A stretch of 64,000 nucleotides of DNA from Octopus vulgaris (taxonomy: Eukaryota), in NCBI GenBank assembly GCA_951406725.2, contig OX597821.1:97092001-97156000 (forward strand), written 5' to 3'. Shown here one piece after another: positions 41,835 to 57,280 of the stretch (position 1 is the stretch's first letter; each line of letters opens with the position of its first letter). The notes beneath the pieces are model-generated. The model did no database searches. It saw only the letters and a program-made list of their open reading frames with translations, and was not told where the DNA came from. Both the position numbers and the translations under genes were made by a program.

Positions 41835-42162
41835 ATGTTATTAGACCACTTGTCATGAAAGAACAGAAACAGAGAGGGAGGCTAGTTGAGCGGGGCTCTT
41901 TAAAGATGGAGAGGGTCTACCTCCAATGTTACATGTTAAAAGTGAAGCGAAGAACACTTTTGCTTAGAAATTTGCCTCTTTTCTTTTATACATAAATCGT
42001 TTAAGTTCTCTTTCTTGTGTTATGTTATGTTATCATATCCAGATATACACACCTTGTCAGTAGATAACACATACACCATGTAAATACATCATATACACGC
42101 CATGAATATGTATACATTTCTCTGTTTATCTTTTTTACTACCCCTCTCTCCCTCTTTCTCTC

Positions 42163-42198
<36 letters not shown>

Positions 42199-42285
42199 TA
42201 TCTATTTGTGGGTGGGTGCGTGTTCATACATACATACATATATATATACATATGCTTTTAACTCTTGCATAATTTAAATACACAC

Positions 42286-42394
<109 letters not shown>

Positions 42395-42800
42395 ACTCTG
42401 TGTGTGTGTGTGTGTACCCCTTATATAAATTATACATATATTTAGAACTAATTACTAAAACACTTGAAGAGCTTCATACGACACCTGCATTCCACAACTA
42501 GCCTGTGCGTATTACTAGTTGAAATAGGACCTAAATTTCACCTTTGGCTTAGATCTATACCCAGTTAAAATGGGGCCCTTACAGTTTTTACATGTAGCCT
42601 TAGACCTAATACTAATTGAAACGGAACCTCTGTTATACTTGTGGTCTGAGCCGCTACCCTGATTTAAATAGGGGTTGCAGTTCGTATATGTTTTGGGTCT
42701 ATTACCGAAAACTGAAACGACGTCTGTATTTCGGTTTTATCAAGAACCATTGCGCGGTGCTTGCGATGGTGCTTGTGATGGTGCTGCTGTTACTATTATT

Positions 42801-42835
<35 letters not shown>

Positions 42836-43122
42836 TGTTGTTGTTGTTGTTGTTGTTATTGTTGTTGTTTTTGTTGTTGTTGCTGTTTAGTTGTTGCTGT
42901 TTCAGAAAGCAGTGGTGGTGTTATATTGAGGCTACTGCCATTAAATTTGTCCTTAAGCGTTAGCACCTCTCGGTGACAATAATAGTGGTACCAAGAAATG
43001 TAGGTAATGGTAATAATGATGGTGGTGGTGGCGGTGGTGGTGGTGGTGGTGGTGGTGGTGGTGGCGGCGGTGGTGGTGATGGTGGTAATTACGATGACAG
43101 TGGTGGAAGCGTTGGTGACGGA

Positions 43123-43156
<34 letters not shown>

Positions 43157-43289
43157 GCGACGATGATAACTAGAGCAGCGGTGGCAGTGGTAGTGGTGGT
43201 GGTGGTGGTGGTGGTGGTGGTGGTGATGAAGTGGCTGTGTTCATGTTGGTGATGACACTGTTGATGGTAGTGATGGTAATGTGAGAATA

Positions 43290-43339
<50 letters not shown>

Positions 43340-43496
43340 GTGGTGGTGGTGGTGGTGGTGGTGGTGGTAGCGGTGGTTATGGCGTAGGTGATGGTGATGG
43401 TTATAATGACAGTAGTGGGATTGTGGTGGTGGTGGTGGTGGTGGTGGTGGTGGTGGTGGAAATTGTGATGCTGGGTACAATAATAAAGATGATGAC

Positions 43497-43530
<34 letters not shown>

Positions 43531-43695
43531 CTGATCATACCGATGAGGATGATGACTACGACGACGACGACGACGACGACGGTGATAGTGAGAAACAAGT
43601 AGGCCAAATACGGACTGGAGATTTGTCGAAATGTTGTTTATAACGTCTGCGCGTGCGCATCCGTTAACTTCCGACAGGAAGCCAGAGTAGAGAGA

Positions 43696-43739
<44 letters not shown>

Positions 43740-43989
43740 AGGTCTGTGCGTGTGCGTGCGCGCGTGCAAGGGTGGTGTAGAGTGGGGGGGAGGGGAGGGG
43801 GTTGTCGCTATCAATAACGTTGCAGCAAAAACTTGCTTGTGACTGCACCTGTACATGAATGCTTGGCATTACATACACACAGACATATACACTCACTCAC
43901 ACACAACAACGGCATACATGTCTATTTTTCTGTGTATCTATGTACACACACACACACATGCGTATGTATGTGTGTGTGTGTGCGTATGT

Positions 43990-43991
43990 AA

Positions 43992-44028
<37 letters not shown>

Positions 44029-44039
44029 GTCTGTTGACT

Positions 44040-44089
<50 letters not shown>

Positions 44090-44312
44090 ATATGTAAATA
44101 TGTATATATACATAGTTTGTTGACTAATATACATACATATATATATGTATTATGTATATATGTATTTACACACCCTACACTCAGACATATGTCTGTTTCT
44201 TCTATGTGGTTAATATTTAGATAAATATTTGTTGTATGTATGTATGTGTATATATATATATATATATATACATAGTCAGTTGACTAATATACATACATAT
44301 ATATATATATAT

Positions 44313-44388
<76 letters not shown>

Positions 44389-44492
44389 TATGTATGTATG
44401 TATATATATATATATACACACCCCACACTCACACATATGTCTGTTTCTTCTGTACAGATATATATGTGGTTAATATTTAGATATATATTTGT

Positions 44493-44542
<50 letters not shown>

Positions 44543-44559
44543 ATTGTCTGTTGACTAAT

Positions 44560-44617
<58 letters not shown>

Positions 44618-44727
44618 TATGTATGTTTGTATCTATACATACACACCCCATACCCAGACATACGTCCGTTTCTTCTATACAGATATATATGTGGTTAATA
44701 TTTAGATATTTATTTGTTGTATGTATG

Positions 44728-44790
<63 letters not shown>
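43990..44790. repeat. TA-rich tandem repeat, about 200-270 bp x 3
   Basis: tgactaatatacatac, gtttcttct and gtggttaatatttagat each recur three times. Confidence 0.8.
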
Positions 44791-44796
<6 letters not shown>

Positions 44797-45296
44797 GCAC
44801 ACATACACATATATTACATATAATACATACGCACACACACATATGTACACATATATAAATACCTCATCCCTACCAACACTTCTGTGACTGCTACTACTGC
44901 TGCTGCTGCTGCTACTGCTACTGCTGTTCTTTCACCGTTAACACCACTACCGTACCAGCACCCACACTACACACCAACCAGACCAAACCAAACCAAACCA
45001 AACCAAGCCATCACTATCATCAGCGTCAGAAACACCAGCAACATACTAACACTACCATTCCATTATATCACCAGCCACCACCACCACCACTACCACCACC
45101 ACCACCACCACCACCACTACTACCGCTACCACCATCAGCACTGTCTACTACGTTGTCACAAATAATCAAAACTATTATTATTATTATTATTATTATTGAA
45201 AGACTGGTACCGATTTAATCGACTAGTCCCCCCAAATTTGAGGCCTTGTGCCTCAAATTTGTGCCTCCAGTAGAAAGGGATATTATTATTATTAAT

Positions 45297-45416
<120 letters not shown>

Positions 45417-45462
45417 CATTATTATCATTATTATTATTATTGAGTGAGAGAGCAGTTCATGC

Positions 45463-45526
<64 letters not shown>

Positions 45527-45863
45527 GTTATTATTATTATTACTTTTATTACTCTGCCACACCAAAACTGGTCACCTCATTCACCACCACCCCAAGCAAC
45601 GGACACCAGCACCACTACCGCCCCTCCCACTTCCATCCCTCCACCCCACCCAACACTGCTACTTTTACCATAATAAAACTACTATACCAAACTATCACCA
45701 CCATCGGCACAAGTGCCTTAACTACCACTACCATACCTCCACCGCTACAATACTACTACTACTACCACTATCGCTACTACAATACTACAATTCTACTACT
45801 ACTACTACTACTACTACTGCTACTACTACAACTACTACTACTACTACTACCACCACCACCACC

Positions 45864-45934
<71 letters not shown>

Positions 45935-46837
45935 AACTGCTGCTGCTGCTGGTACTGCTACTACTTCCACCACTACCAATACCACCATTGCCATCACTGT
46001 TATCACTAACCACCATTATTACTACCGTCACTACCTCCAGCACCACTACCACCACCACCACCACCACTACCACCACCACCACCACTACCACCACCAATAC
46101 CATCGACAAAATTGCTAACCCTCACTACCATCACTACAACCACTACCGTAACCCTATCCGAAACCACCACCACTACCTTTAACCACCACAACTAACACTA
46201 CAACCACTACCATCACCACTATCACTAACAGACAACCGCCACCACGACCACCTGCACCGTTATCCAATCACAACCGATGACCCCTGACCACTCCCGTCAT
46301 TGCTATCACAAGCATACCACCACACCACCACTGCCACTGCCGCTAACACTAACCGCGTAAATATAAAGGCATCTGTATGTCGTCGTACAACTGGTTAGAA
46401 ATAGCAGTCAAATCTCCCTCCAGTCGGACATTACCGTCTTCTGTAAGGAATGGCATAATTCGATAATTAATTCTTACGTAAACCCATTAATTCTGGACGG
46501 TTACGATAGGGGATATCTTTGATCGCGTATCTGGTTGATCAATGCTGACCTGGGGCTAAACAACTATTACATCACCACCACCACCACTACCAATAGCAAC
46601 AACAACAACTACAGCAACAAGCATGAACCATTGCTACCACTACAGTTATCACCCTTTTCTGCAACCCCAGCCATCATTACTATCACTATCTTCAACACAC
46701 CCCGACTACCACCATCACCACCACCACCACCACCACCACCACCACCACACCACCACCACCACACCACCACTATCATCAACGTAATTATCACCACCACAAT
46801 AACTATCACCAACCCTACCATTATCCTCACCACCACC

Positions 46838-46888
<51 letters not shown>

Positions 46889-47190
46889 GTCGTAATTATC
46901 TCCACTACAGCTACTGTCATCACCACTACCTCCATCATCACCACCGCTGCACATTCAGTGCACATCTGTCGTATATTTTGCACACATACAGTCATTCATA
47001 CTGACATACAGATTCACAAATACACACAATATGCAATATTGCATTCACGTGCCTATTTACACACGCAATTCCATGCATAGATGCATGCAGGCAAGAAAAC
47101 AGATATGCACACACACACATTTAGAGTTACCCATACATTCGCATATACCCGTTCACTGGCTTGTTTTAATGTTATTATTAGGGCGATGAA

Positions 47191-48305
47191 GGCGGCGAAC
47201 TGGCAGAAACGTTAGCACGCCGGGCGAAATGCGTAGCTGTATTTCGTCTGCCGTTACGTTCTGGGTTCAAATTCCGCCGAGGTCGACTTGGCCTTTCATC
47301 CTTTCGGGGTCAATAAATTAAGTACCAGTTACGCACTGGGGTCGATATAATCCCAATGCGTAACTGGTACTTAATTTATTGACCCGTTTGTCCGTCCTTG
47401 TTTGTCCCCTCTATGTTTAGCCCCTTGTGGGTATTAAAGAAATATATTATTAGGGCGATGTTAGCGGCATTTGTTCGCCTTGATGTTCCGAGTTCAAATT
47501 CCGCCGAGGTCGACTTTGCTTTTCATCTTTTCAGGGTCGATAAATTAAGCACCAATAGAAGAACACTGGGGTCGATGTAATCGACTAACTCCTTTCCTCA
47601 AAATTTCAGGCCTTCTGCCTATAGTAGGAAAGGATTATTAGGGTGATGTAAGGCGATGAGCTGGCAGAATCGTTAGCACGCAGGGCAGAATGCTTAACGG
47701 CAACTCGCCCGTCTCTACGCTCTGAGTTCAAATTCCTCTGAGGTCTACGCTCTGAGGTCTACGCTCTGAGTTCAAATTCCTCTGAGGTCAATTTTACCTC
47801 TCAACCTTTCGGAGTTGGTAAAATAAGTACCAGTTGAGCATTAGGATCGATGTATTCGATTTGCGGACTCCCCGCAAATTGCTGGCCTGATGCCAAAAGT
47901 TGAAACCATTATTAGGACGATGTAGTGCGGTGCGTTGGCAGAGTCATTAGATCATTGGACAAAATGCTTTGCGGTATTTGTTCCGGCTCTTTACATTCTT
48001 AGTTCAAATCCCATCGAGGTCAAATTTTGACAGACGGCCAGCAATTTTAGAAGAAGGGTAAGTCGATTACATTGACCCCAATACTCAAGTGGTACTTATT
48101 TTATCCACCTCGAAAAGATGAAAGGCAAAGTCGACCTCGGGGGAATTTGAGCTCAGAACACGAAGACAGACGAAATACCGCTAAGCATTTTTTCCCGGCA
48201 AGCTTAATATTATTGTCATTTATAAGGGTGGATTAGCAGTATCGGTAGAGCGTCTATATTTGCTCCGGATCTTTGCGTTCCACATTCAACACTCTCCGAA
48301 TTTCA
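47191..48305. mobile_element. Cluster of about six Deu/Nin SINE copies
   Basis: Plus-strand copies near 47191, 47460, 47652, 47927 and 48225. Minus-strand copy at about 48040-48200. Confidence 0.85.
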
Positions 48306-48996
48306 TAAAATAAAGTAACGGCGTCGAAGTAGTGGGGTCGATAGGAGCAGATGCCCCTTGTAGTAGCGGAAGAACTGAATGCAAGAGCGAGCGAGAGAGA
48401 GAGGGGGGAAGGGAGAGAATGGAAGTGAGGGTGGGAGGGATAGAGGGGAAGGGAGGGGGGAGGGAGAGGAAGGAAGAGAGAGACAGACAGAGACAGACAG
48501 ACAGAAGACTGGGATGAGACCGCAGGTCAATGTGAGTGTTAGCAAGTGAAAGTCTGTTGATCAGTCAGACGTTGGTGCTTTTGTTGATGATGATGATGGT
48601 GATGAGGATGATGTTGTTTTTTTGTCCTGGATACAGTCCAAGATCTTTGCATATGTAGCTGCTGCAGCAACGTCCCAGATAAGTGAGCAGCGCTGTGATA
48701 TGGAATAGTCTTTTGCATCTTTTAAGAGTGTCAATAACGGCTGAAGACTGACTAAAGTATTTTCTAACCTTGAAGAGGAATAACAGCCTCTGGGTATTGC
48801 AGTCTTGGCTGCTCGTGGTGGTGGTGGTGGATCACATATAGACGGTAACCAGAGACTGTAGCGTCTAGAATTTTTTTATAGAGACTTGGATTAGGAAAGT
48901 ATTACGTTATGTGTACGAAAAGCGTAATGATGCAGGCATGTATGTTGCTCACATATGCATATATACACACGTTATACATGCATACATGTATTTGTA

Positions 48997-49040
<44 letters not shown>

Positions 49041-49237
49041 CATGCTGTTAGAGAGGATTTCTAGTATCGATCCTGCAAGGATGAAAGGCAAAGTTTATCT
49101 TGGTAAAATTTGAATTCTTTAAAGAGTACAACTAAACAGCACAATCTGTCTTGCCTGTGGTTCTGACGATTCTGACAACCCACCACCACCACCACCACCA
49201 CCACCATCAAATAATAATAATAATAATAATAATAATA

Positions 49238-49530
49238 AACATCTTAGCAAAGGAATTTGAAAACTGTCAAAACATAAGGACCTTGAGGTTGAGATATCTA
49301 GGACGTGGCAATTAAAAGTCAAAATCATCCCTGTTGGGAATGACCAAGGAAGGTAGTGACAAATTTTTCGACCCGATGCCTTGGAAACCAACAATCTGTA
49401 AGACTAAAAGAATTGTATTGACATCAACCGCCCACATTTCCAGGAAGTTTCTCTCCATCTAGTATATACGTGCCTTAAGTCTTTGGTTGAGACCCGGAGG
49501 GAAGATGAAATAAAATACAAATCAATTAGA
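49238..49530 (+). mobile_element. Degraded R4/Dong 3' fragment in (TAA)n
   Basis: KLSKHKDLEVEISRTWQLKVKIIPV and IVLTSTAHISRKFLSI* with frameshifts. Homologous to 34406-34663. Confidence 0.8.
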
Positions 49531-49566
49531 TAATAATAATAATAATAATAATTAATAATAATAATA

Positions 49567-49615
<49 letters not shown>

Positions 49616-49618
<3 letters not shown>

Positions 49619-50115
49619 CTTTATTAACCACAAGGGTTTACATTAAGAAAACATTATGGATAGTACAGGACTAAACAAAGAATGTGTGTGTATATGTGTG
49701 TGAATAATGATAATTCTATCTCTAGGGCCGAAAGACATTTAGGACAATGCAAAGACACCGGACTGACGATTTAGAACCGTGTAAGCAATAACAACAATAA
49801 TTTGCAAAATAACCTTCACAAACAAAATCTCCAATGGAGGGAAGTCACCGGGAGCAGTCAAGGAACTCCACAGATCTAGAACCATCCTACTCACCGAATA
49901 CGGTGGAGAGAGGAGCACTCGCCATGGTACTCACCGAGAGTACCAAGGCAAGTGCTTCTCTCTCCTCCGTATTCTTCAGCCTACAGGTGCCAGCTTAGAG
50001 TAAGCTCACTCACTGGGGACATCCTCGCCACATTCACCCACCTTTCAACAAGTTAACTGAGAGGTAGCTCTGCCCTCATCTTCCTTTTCATATGGGATTT
50101 TTTAAATGCCTTGGC
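49616..50115 (-). mobile_element. Tx1/L1-like LINE 3' end, degraded
   Basis: Minus strand reads KRKMRAE...ERWVNVARM, like a Tx1 ORF2 C-terminus, followed by a UTR ending aaacccttgtggttaataaagaaa. Confidence 0.55.
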
Positions 50116-50184
50116 CAATGAGTAAAACATCTGTCTTCAACCTTTCGGTATTGTCCCAGACGCAATCAGAAAAATAAAAATAAT

Positions 50185-50780
50185 TCTTGCTAATTTTGGC
50201 ACAAGGCAAGAATTCTGAGGTAGCGATGCAAGTCGATTGCATCACACCCAGTACTTGATTGGTGCTTTATTTTATCGCCCCTGAAGGGATGACAGGCAAA
50301 GTTGACTCTAGAGAGAATGGATCACAGAAAGTAAAAAGTTGAAAAACAAAGCACAGTGCATCTTCTCTGGTGTTCTACCGATTCTACGACTGAACCGACA
50401 AAATAATTATAAAGATTTCTGGCTAAGGCACATTTGAAGGAAAGGGTAGTCGATACCCTGAACCACAGTATTAGACATTGTCTTTCATCTCTTCGGGGTC
50501 AGTGAAATAAGTACTAGTCGAGTACTGGGTCGATGGAATTGACAAATACCCTCCTCTCAAAATAACTGGACTTCTACCTAAATCAGAAACCATTCCGAAT
50601 CGTTAGAGCGTCGAACAAAATGCCAAGTGGCTCTTTACGTTCTGAGTTCAAATTCTGCCGACTTTGCCTTTCAACCTTTCGGGGTCGATAAAATAAGCAC
50701 CAGTCAAACACTGGGGTCGTTGAAATCGACTAACCACCTCTCCGAAGCTTGCTGGTCATGTGCCACAATTTGAAACCATC
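50185..50780. mobile_element. Cluster of old Deu/Nin SINE fragments on both strands
   Basis: gcctttcaacctttcggggtcgataaaataagcaccag near 50667. Inverted pieces at 50185-50470. Confidence 0.75.
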
Positions 50781-50821
50781 ATCATCATCATCATCATCAT
50801 CATTATTACTATTATTATTAC

Positions 50822-50875
<54 letters not shown>

Positions 50876-50927
50876 CATCATCATCATCGTCATTATTATT
50901 ATTATTATTATTATCATCATTATTATT

Positions 50928-50992
<65 letters not shown>

Positions 50993-51003
50993 CATCGTCG
51001 TCG

Positions 51004-51088
<85 letters not shown>

Positions 51089-51279
51089 CATTATCACTAT
51101 TATTATTATTATTATTATTATCATTATTATTATTATCATCATCATCATCGTCATTATTATTATTATCATCATCATTATTATTATTATCATTATTATTATT
51201 ATTATTATTATTATCATTATTATTATTATCATCATCATCATCGTCATTATTATTATTATCATCATCATTATTATTATTA

Positions 51280-51343
<64 letters not shown>

Positions 51344-51354
51344 CATCGTCGTCG

Positions 51355-51439
<85 letters not shown>

Positions 51440-51448
51440 CATTATCAC

Positions 51449-51484
<36 letters not shown>

Positions 51485-51549
51485 CATTATTATTATTATC
51501 ATCATCATCATCGTCATTATTATTATTATCATCATCATTATTATTATTA

Positions 51550-51580
<31 letters not shown>

Positions 51581-51645
51581 CATTATTATTATTATCATCA
51601 TCATCATCGTCATTATTATTATTATCATCATCATTATTATTATTA

Positions 51646-51721
<76 letters not shown>

Positions 51722-51735
51722 CATCGTCGTCGTCG

Positions 51736-51809
<74 letters not shown>

Positions 51810-51817
51810 TATTATTG

Positions 51818-51912
<95 letters not shown>
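50778..51912. repeat. Compound (ATT)/(ATC) microsatellite with higher-order period
   Basis: tcatcgtcgtcgtc markers near 50992, 51342 and 51721. Confidence 0.9.
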
Positions 51913-52486
51913 GTAGGTTACCTATAAGAAAATAGCTATTCTCGGATCACTAAAGTCTTAGACTTATTCACTCATTCCTTAACCTTGAACGAGTTTGATG
52001 CATGTTTTTTTATACGTTTTATTTATTTATTTGCTTATTTATTTATTATATAAAACGTAAATTATTGACGTATTCCTCAGGCACAGAATAACAAAGATAA
52101 TGTTAGCGATATCTAGCATAGGAACCAGAGCAGACATTTTTAGAGAAGGAACAACCATAGTAATCGACCCACTATTTGCCTGCAACATACTTCAAACGGC
52201 GCCCCACTAATCTACCACATAATATAATATAATATAATATAATATAATATAATATAATATAATATAATATAATATATATGTAATATAATATAATATGATA
52301 TAATATAATATAATATATATGTAATATAATATAATATATATGTAATATAATACAATATAATATAATATATATGTAATATGATAAAACATAATATAATATA
52401 TATGTAATATAATATAATATATATGTAATATAATACAATATAATATAATATATATGTAATATGATAAAACATAATATAATATAATG

Positions 52487-52528
<42 letters not shown>

Positions 52529-52774
52529 ATCTTCGTAATATAATGTAAAATGTATAATATAATATGCATAAGGCTGATTAAACTGCGATTTAGGTTCGAC
52601 GTATTCACTTTATTCACACAGAATAACAAAGAGTAATGCGTTAGCGTCAATAAACAGACCGGGTCACAGCAGACTGCAGGGAAGCGAAGGCCTACCTTGT
52701 TGATCTAACGACTCCATGGTAAAGCAAACGGAAGAACGGTAGAACGGAAGAGAGATCTAGATTTATACTACATG

Positions 52775-52860
<86 letters not shown>

Positions 52861-53513
52861 TATATACGTATATAAATGTAAATAAATATATATATATATA
52901 TATATACATACATACATACATACATACATACATACATACATGCATACATACATATATACATATAATAAATATATATACATACATACATACATACATATAT
53001 ACATATATAAATATAAATATATATATATATACACACATACATACATACATACATATATACATATATAAATATAAATAAATATATATATATATATATACAC
53101 ACATACATACATACATACATATATACATACATACATATATAAATATAAATAAATATATATACATACATACATACATACATATATACATACATACATATAT
53201 AAATATAAATAAATATATATACATACATACATACATACATACATACATACACACATACATACATATATATACATATATAAATTGATAATCAGACCTATTG
53301 TCTCGTCTTCCTTGCTCATAATAACAAATAGCAACCGACATAACAAGATGGTGTTTATGAATAACATTGCTGTAAACAGCAAAATCAATGTCTTCTCACA
53401 CACAAACACCAACACACACATCCACACACGTTGTCTTTATCACTCTCTATCTCTGTCTCCGTCTCTCTCTTTCTCTTATGCCGTTCACATGGACAAACAT
53501 ACACACACGTGTG

Positions 53514-53606
<93 letters not shown>

Positions 53607-53678
53607 TATTATTAAATATATATATATATATATACATACATACAACACACATACACATGCATATATATATATATATAT

Positions 53679-53776
<98 letters not shown>

Positions 53777-53858
53777 TAATATATAAGTGTGTACATCACA
53801 CACGTACAAACGCGCTCTCTCTCCAGCGCTCACACACATACACAAGCACACACACATA

Positions 53859-53905
<47 letters not shown>

Positions 53906-54438
53906 ACACGCACACACACGCTCATACAGATGAAGCTTTTCGGTCCATTATCGATTTGAACAGTGCTGGTCTTCTAAGCCTTTAGTTATTTGGTGCATCA
54001 GCGCAACTCACGCAGTTGATTGAGCTGATTTCAGCTCTGCTCGCTTTCTCCCGGTGAAATCTGCTCTAGCAGTTGAAAAATTTGTTATAGCTATCACTGC
54101 GGAGACGATAGAAGCGACACCACCACGTCATATGGAGGAAGGAGCTGCCCCCATTTTGGGCTGTATCTATGAGAATAACTGTATATGCATACATACGCTG
54201 TGCACATGCATTTGCACATACGCACATAGACATGCAACAACATAGAGAGAGAGAAAGAGGGGAGAGAGAGAGAGAGAAAAACAGAGACTGACAGACATAT
54301 ATATATATATATATATTTATGTATATATATATATAATAACAAAGGGTAAAATTAATTAATTAAGAAGTAATCAATAATTTCACCAAGTAGAATGCGGCAT
54401 GAAAAAAAGGACCATTTCATGGTAAACTTAAGTAATAC

Positions 54439-54594
54439 TTAATAAACAGGGTTCAGCAAAGATTTGCTTTACCACATACCGAAGTTTAGAAATAGCAGCC
54501 AAAAAAAGTAGAAGAAATAGCTAACGTTTTTTGGCTGCTATTTCTAAACTTCGGTATGTGGTAAAGCAAATCTTTGCTGAACCCTATTTATTAA
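54439..54594. repeat. Near-perfect inverted repeat, 68 bp arms, 20 nt spacer
   Basis: 54439-54506 is the reverse complement of 54527-54594 with one mismatch. Confidence 0.95.
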
Positions 54595-54607
54595 ATATAT
54601 ATATATA

Positions 54608-55172
<565 letters not shown>

Positions 55173-55397
55173 AATAATAATATATATATGTAATCGTCGT
55201 GTTGATTCATTGTTTTTCTCTTTGCCTTCGTAAAAAAGTATGTTTACCATCATTGAGATTCTTATAGTAGTAGAAAAGGAATTTTTAACTCCTATTTCTA
55301 AACTTCGGTATGTGGTGAAGCAGTTATCTGAACCCTAATTATAATTATATATATATATATATATATATACACGCATACATACACTATAAATAAATAT

Positions 55398-55450
<53 letters not shown>

Positions 55451-55529
55451 GTGTGTGTGTGTATATATGTGTGTGTGTGTGTGTGTATGAGTGTATTTGT
55501 GTGTGCTACACTGATATATATTTTCTATC

Positions 55530-56561
55530 TGTTGTATGTACCTATGTATGTATGTATGTATGTATGTATGTATGTATGTATGTATGTATGTATGTATGTA
55601 TGCATGTATGTATGTATGTATGTATGTATGTATGTATGCATGCATGTATGTATGTATTTGTGTATGTATGTATGTGTGCATGTATGTGTGTATGTATATA
55701 TGTATTTGTGTATGTATGTATGTATGTATGTATGTATGTATGTATGTATGTATGTATGTATGTATGTATGTATGTATGTATGTATGTATGTATGTATGTA
55801 TGTATGTATGTATGTATGTGTGTATGTGTATGTATGTATGTATGTATGTATATGTGTATGTATGTATGTATGTATGTATGTATGTATGTATGTATGTATG
55901 TATGTATGTATGTATGTATGTATGTATGTATGTATGTATGTATGTATGTATGTATGTATGTATGTATGTATGTATGTATGTATGTATGTATGTATGTATG
56001 TATGTATGTATGTATGTATGTATGTATGTATGCATGTATGTATGTATGTATGTATGTATGTATGTATGTATGTATGTATGTATGCATGCATGTTGTAAGA
56101 CTGCATACATCTATGTAAGTATGTGTTTGGGTAAACACTAATTGTGTTTTGTTTCATTTTTATTATTCATTTATTTATTATTTATTGCATTCCTGTAATT
56201 ATCTCTAATTAAAAAAAAAAAACAAAAAAAAAACAGAAGACGGTTTCCAACTTAAAGACGGGGTTCCTTCATAAAATCGAGTTTCCAAATAACTGTGACG
56301 AAAACCATTCTTCTGTTGCTTTACTCTCCTCTTCATTTACTTATTTTACCAATCTGTTGAACCGAACCGCTAAGTTACGGGAATATAAACATCCCAACAC
56401 CGGCTGTCAAGTTTAGAACAGACACTGACACAAAGGCACATGTATGTATGTAATGTATGTATGTATGTATGTATGTATGTATGTATGTATGTATGTATGT
56501 ATGTATGTATGTGTATGTATGTATGTATGTATGTATGTATGTATGTGTGTATGTATGTATG

Positions 56562-56594
<33 letters not shown>

Positions 56595-56634
56595 GTGTAT
56601 GTATGTATGTATGAAATGTATGTATGTGTGTATG

Positions 56635-56665
<31 letters not shown>

Positions 56666-56700
56666 TGTATGTATGTATGAAATGTATGTATGTATAAATG
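55530..56700. repeat. Long (TATG)n tracts (55530-56090 and 56440-56700)
   Basis: Direct inspection. Confidence 0.95.
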
Positions 56701-56890
56701 TGTGTATGTATATATGTTGTACGTATGTAAATATTAATGTTTGTTTTTGTGTTTAGTTATAATAAAAACAATTTTGCATTAATCTGAAGGATCACTTCAT
56801 AGTTTTGAAAGAGTACAAACTTATTGTTTAACAAGAATAGTAGTGACAGTGATTTCGAACTTTCGACCAGCTAAGCTATCATTATCATAG

Positions 56891-56929
<39 letters not shown>

Positions 56930-57280
56930 GGGCTTAGCTGGCAGAAACCTCGACATCACTCTCAATACTGTTCTTGTTAAAGAATAACACACACACACAC
57001 ACACACATACACACATACATATATATATACGAGCAAATCGCCCCTCCCCTTCCGTTCAATGGATGGTGCTGAGTTGTCAAGCATTTAAACCAAATTTCCT
57101 CAAAACAACTTGTCTGACCGTCCCATAGGCCTCCCCTTTGAGAAACACTGATTTAACCTAAATTTGAGACACCAGCAAAAGAAGAAATAATGATAGATTT
57201 TTTTTGTATTCCAAAGAAAAACGATTTTATTCACACAAATATGCAACCGAAGAGTTTAAAGTACCAGTAAGTACATCGCA

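Noticed and set aside
50730-51935. 340-392 aa poly-N/D/I/L ORFs
   Set aside because: Trinucleotide microsatellite open in several frames on both strands.
52696-52718. Minus-strand accATGG...caag|gtaggc mini-exon (MESLDQQ)
   Set aside because: Only seven codons, expected by chance in 64 kb, with no partner exon.
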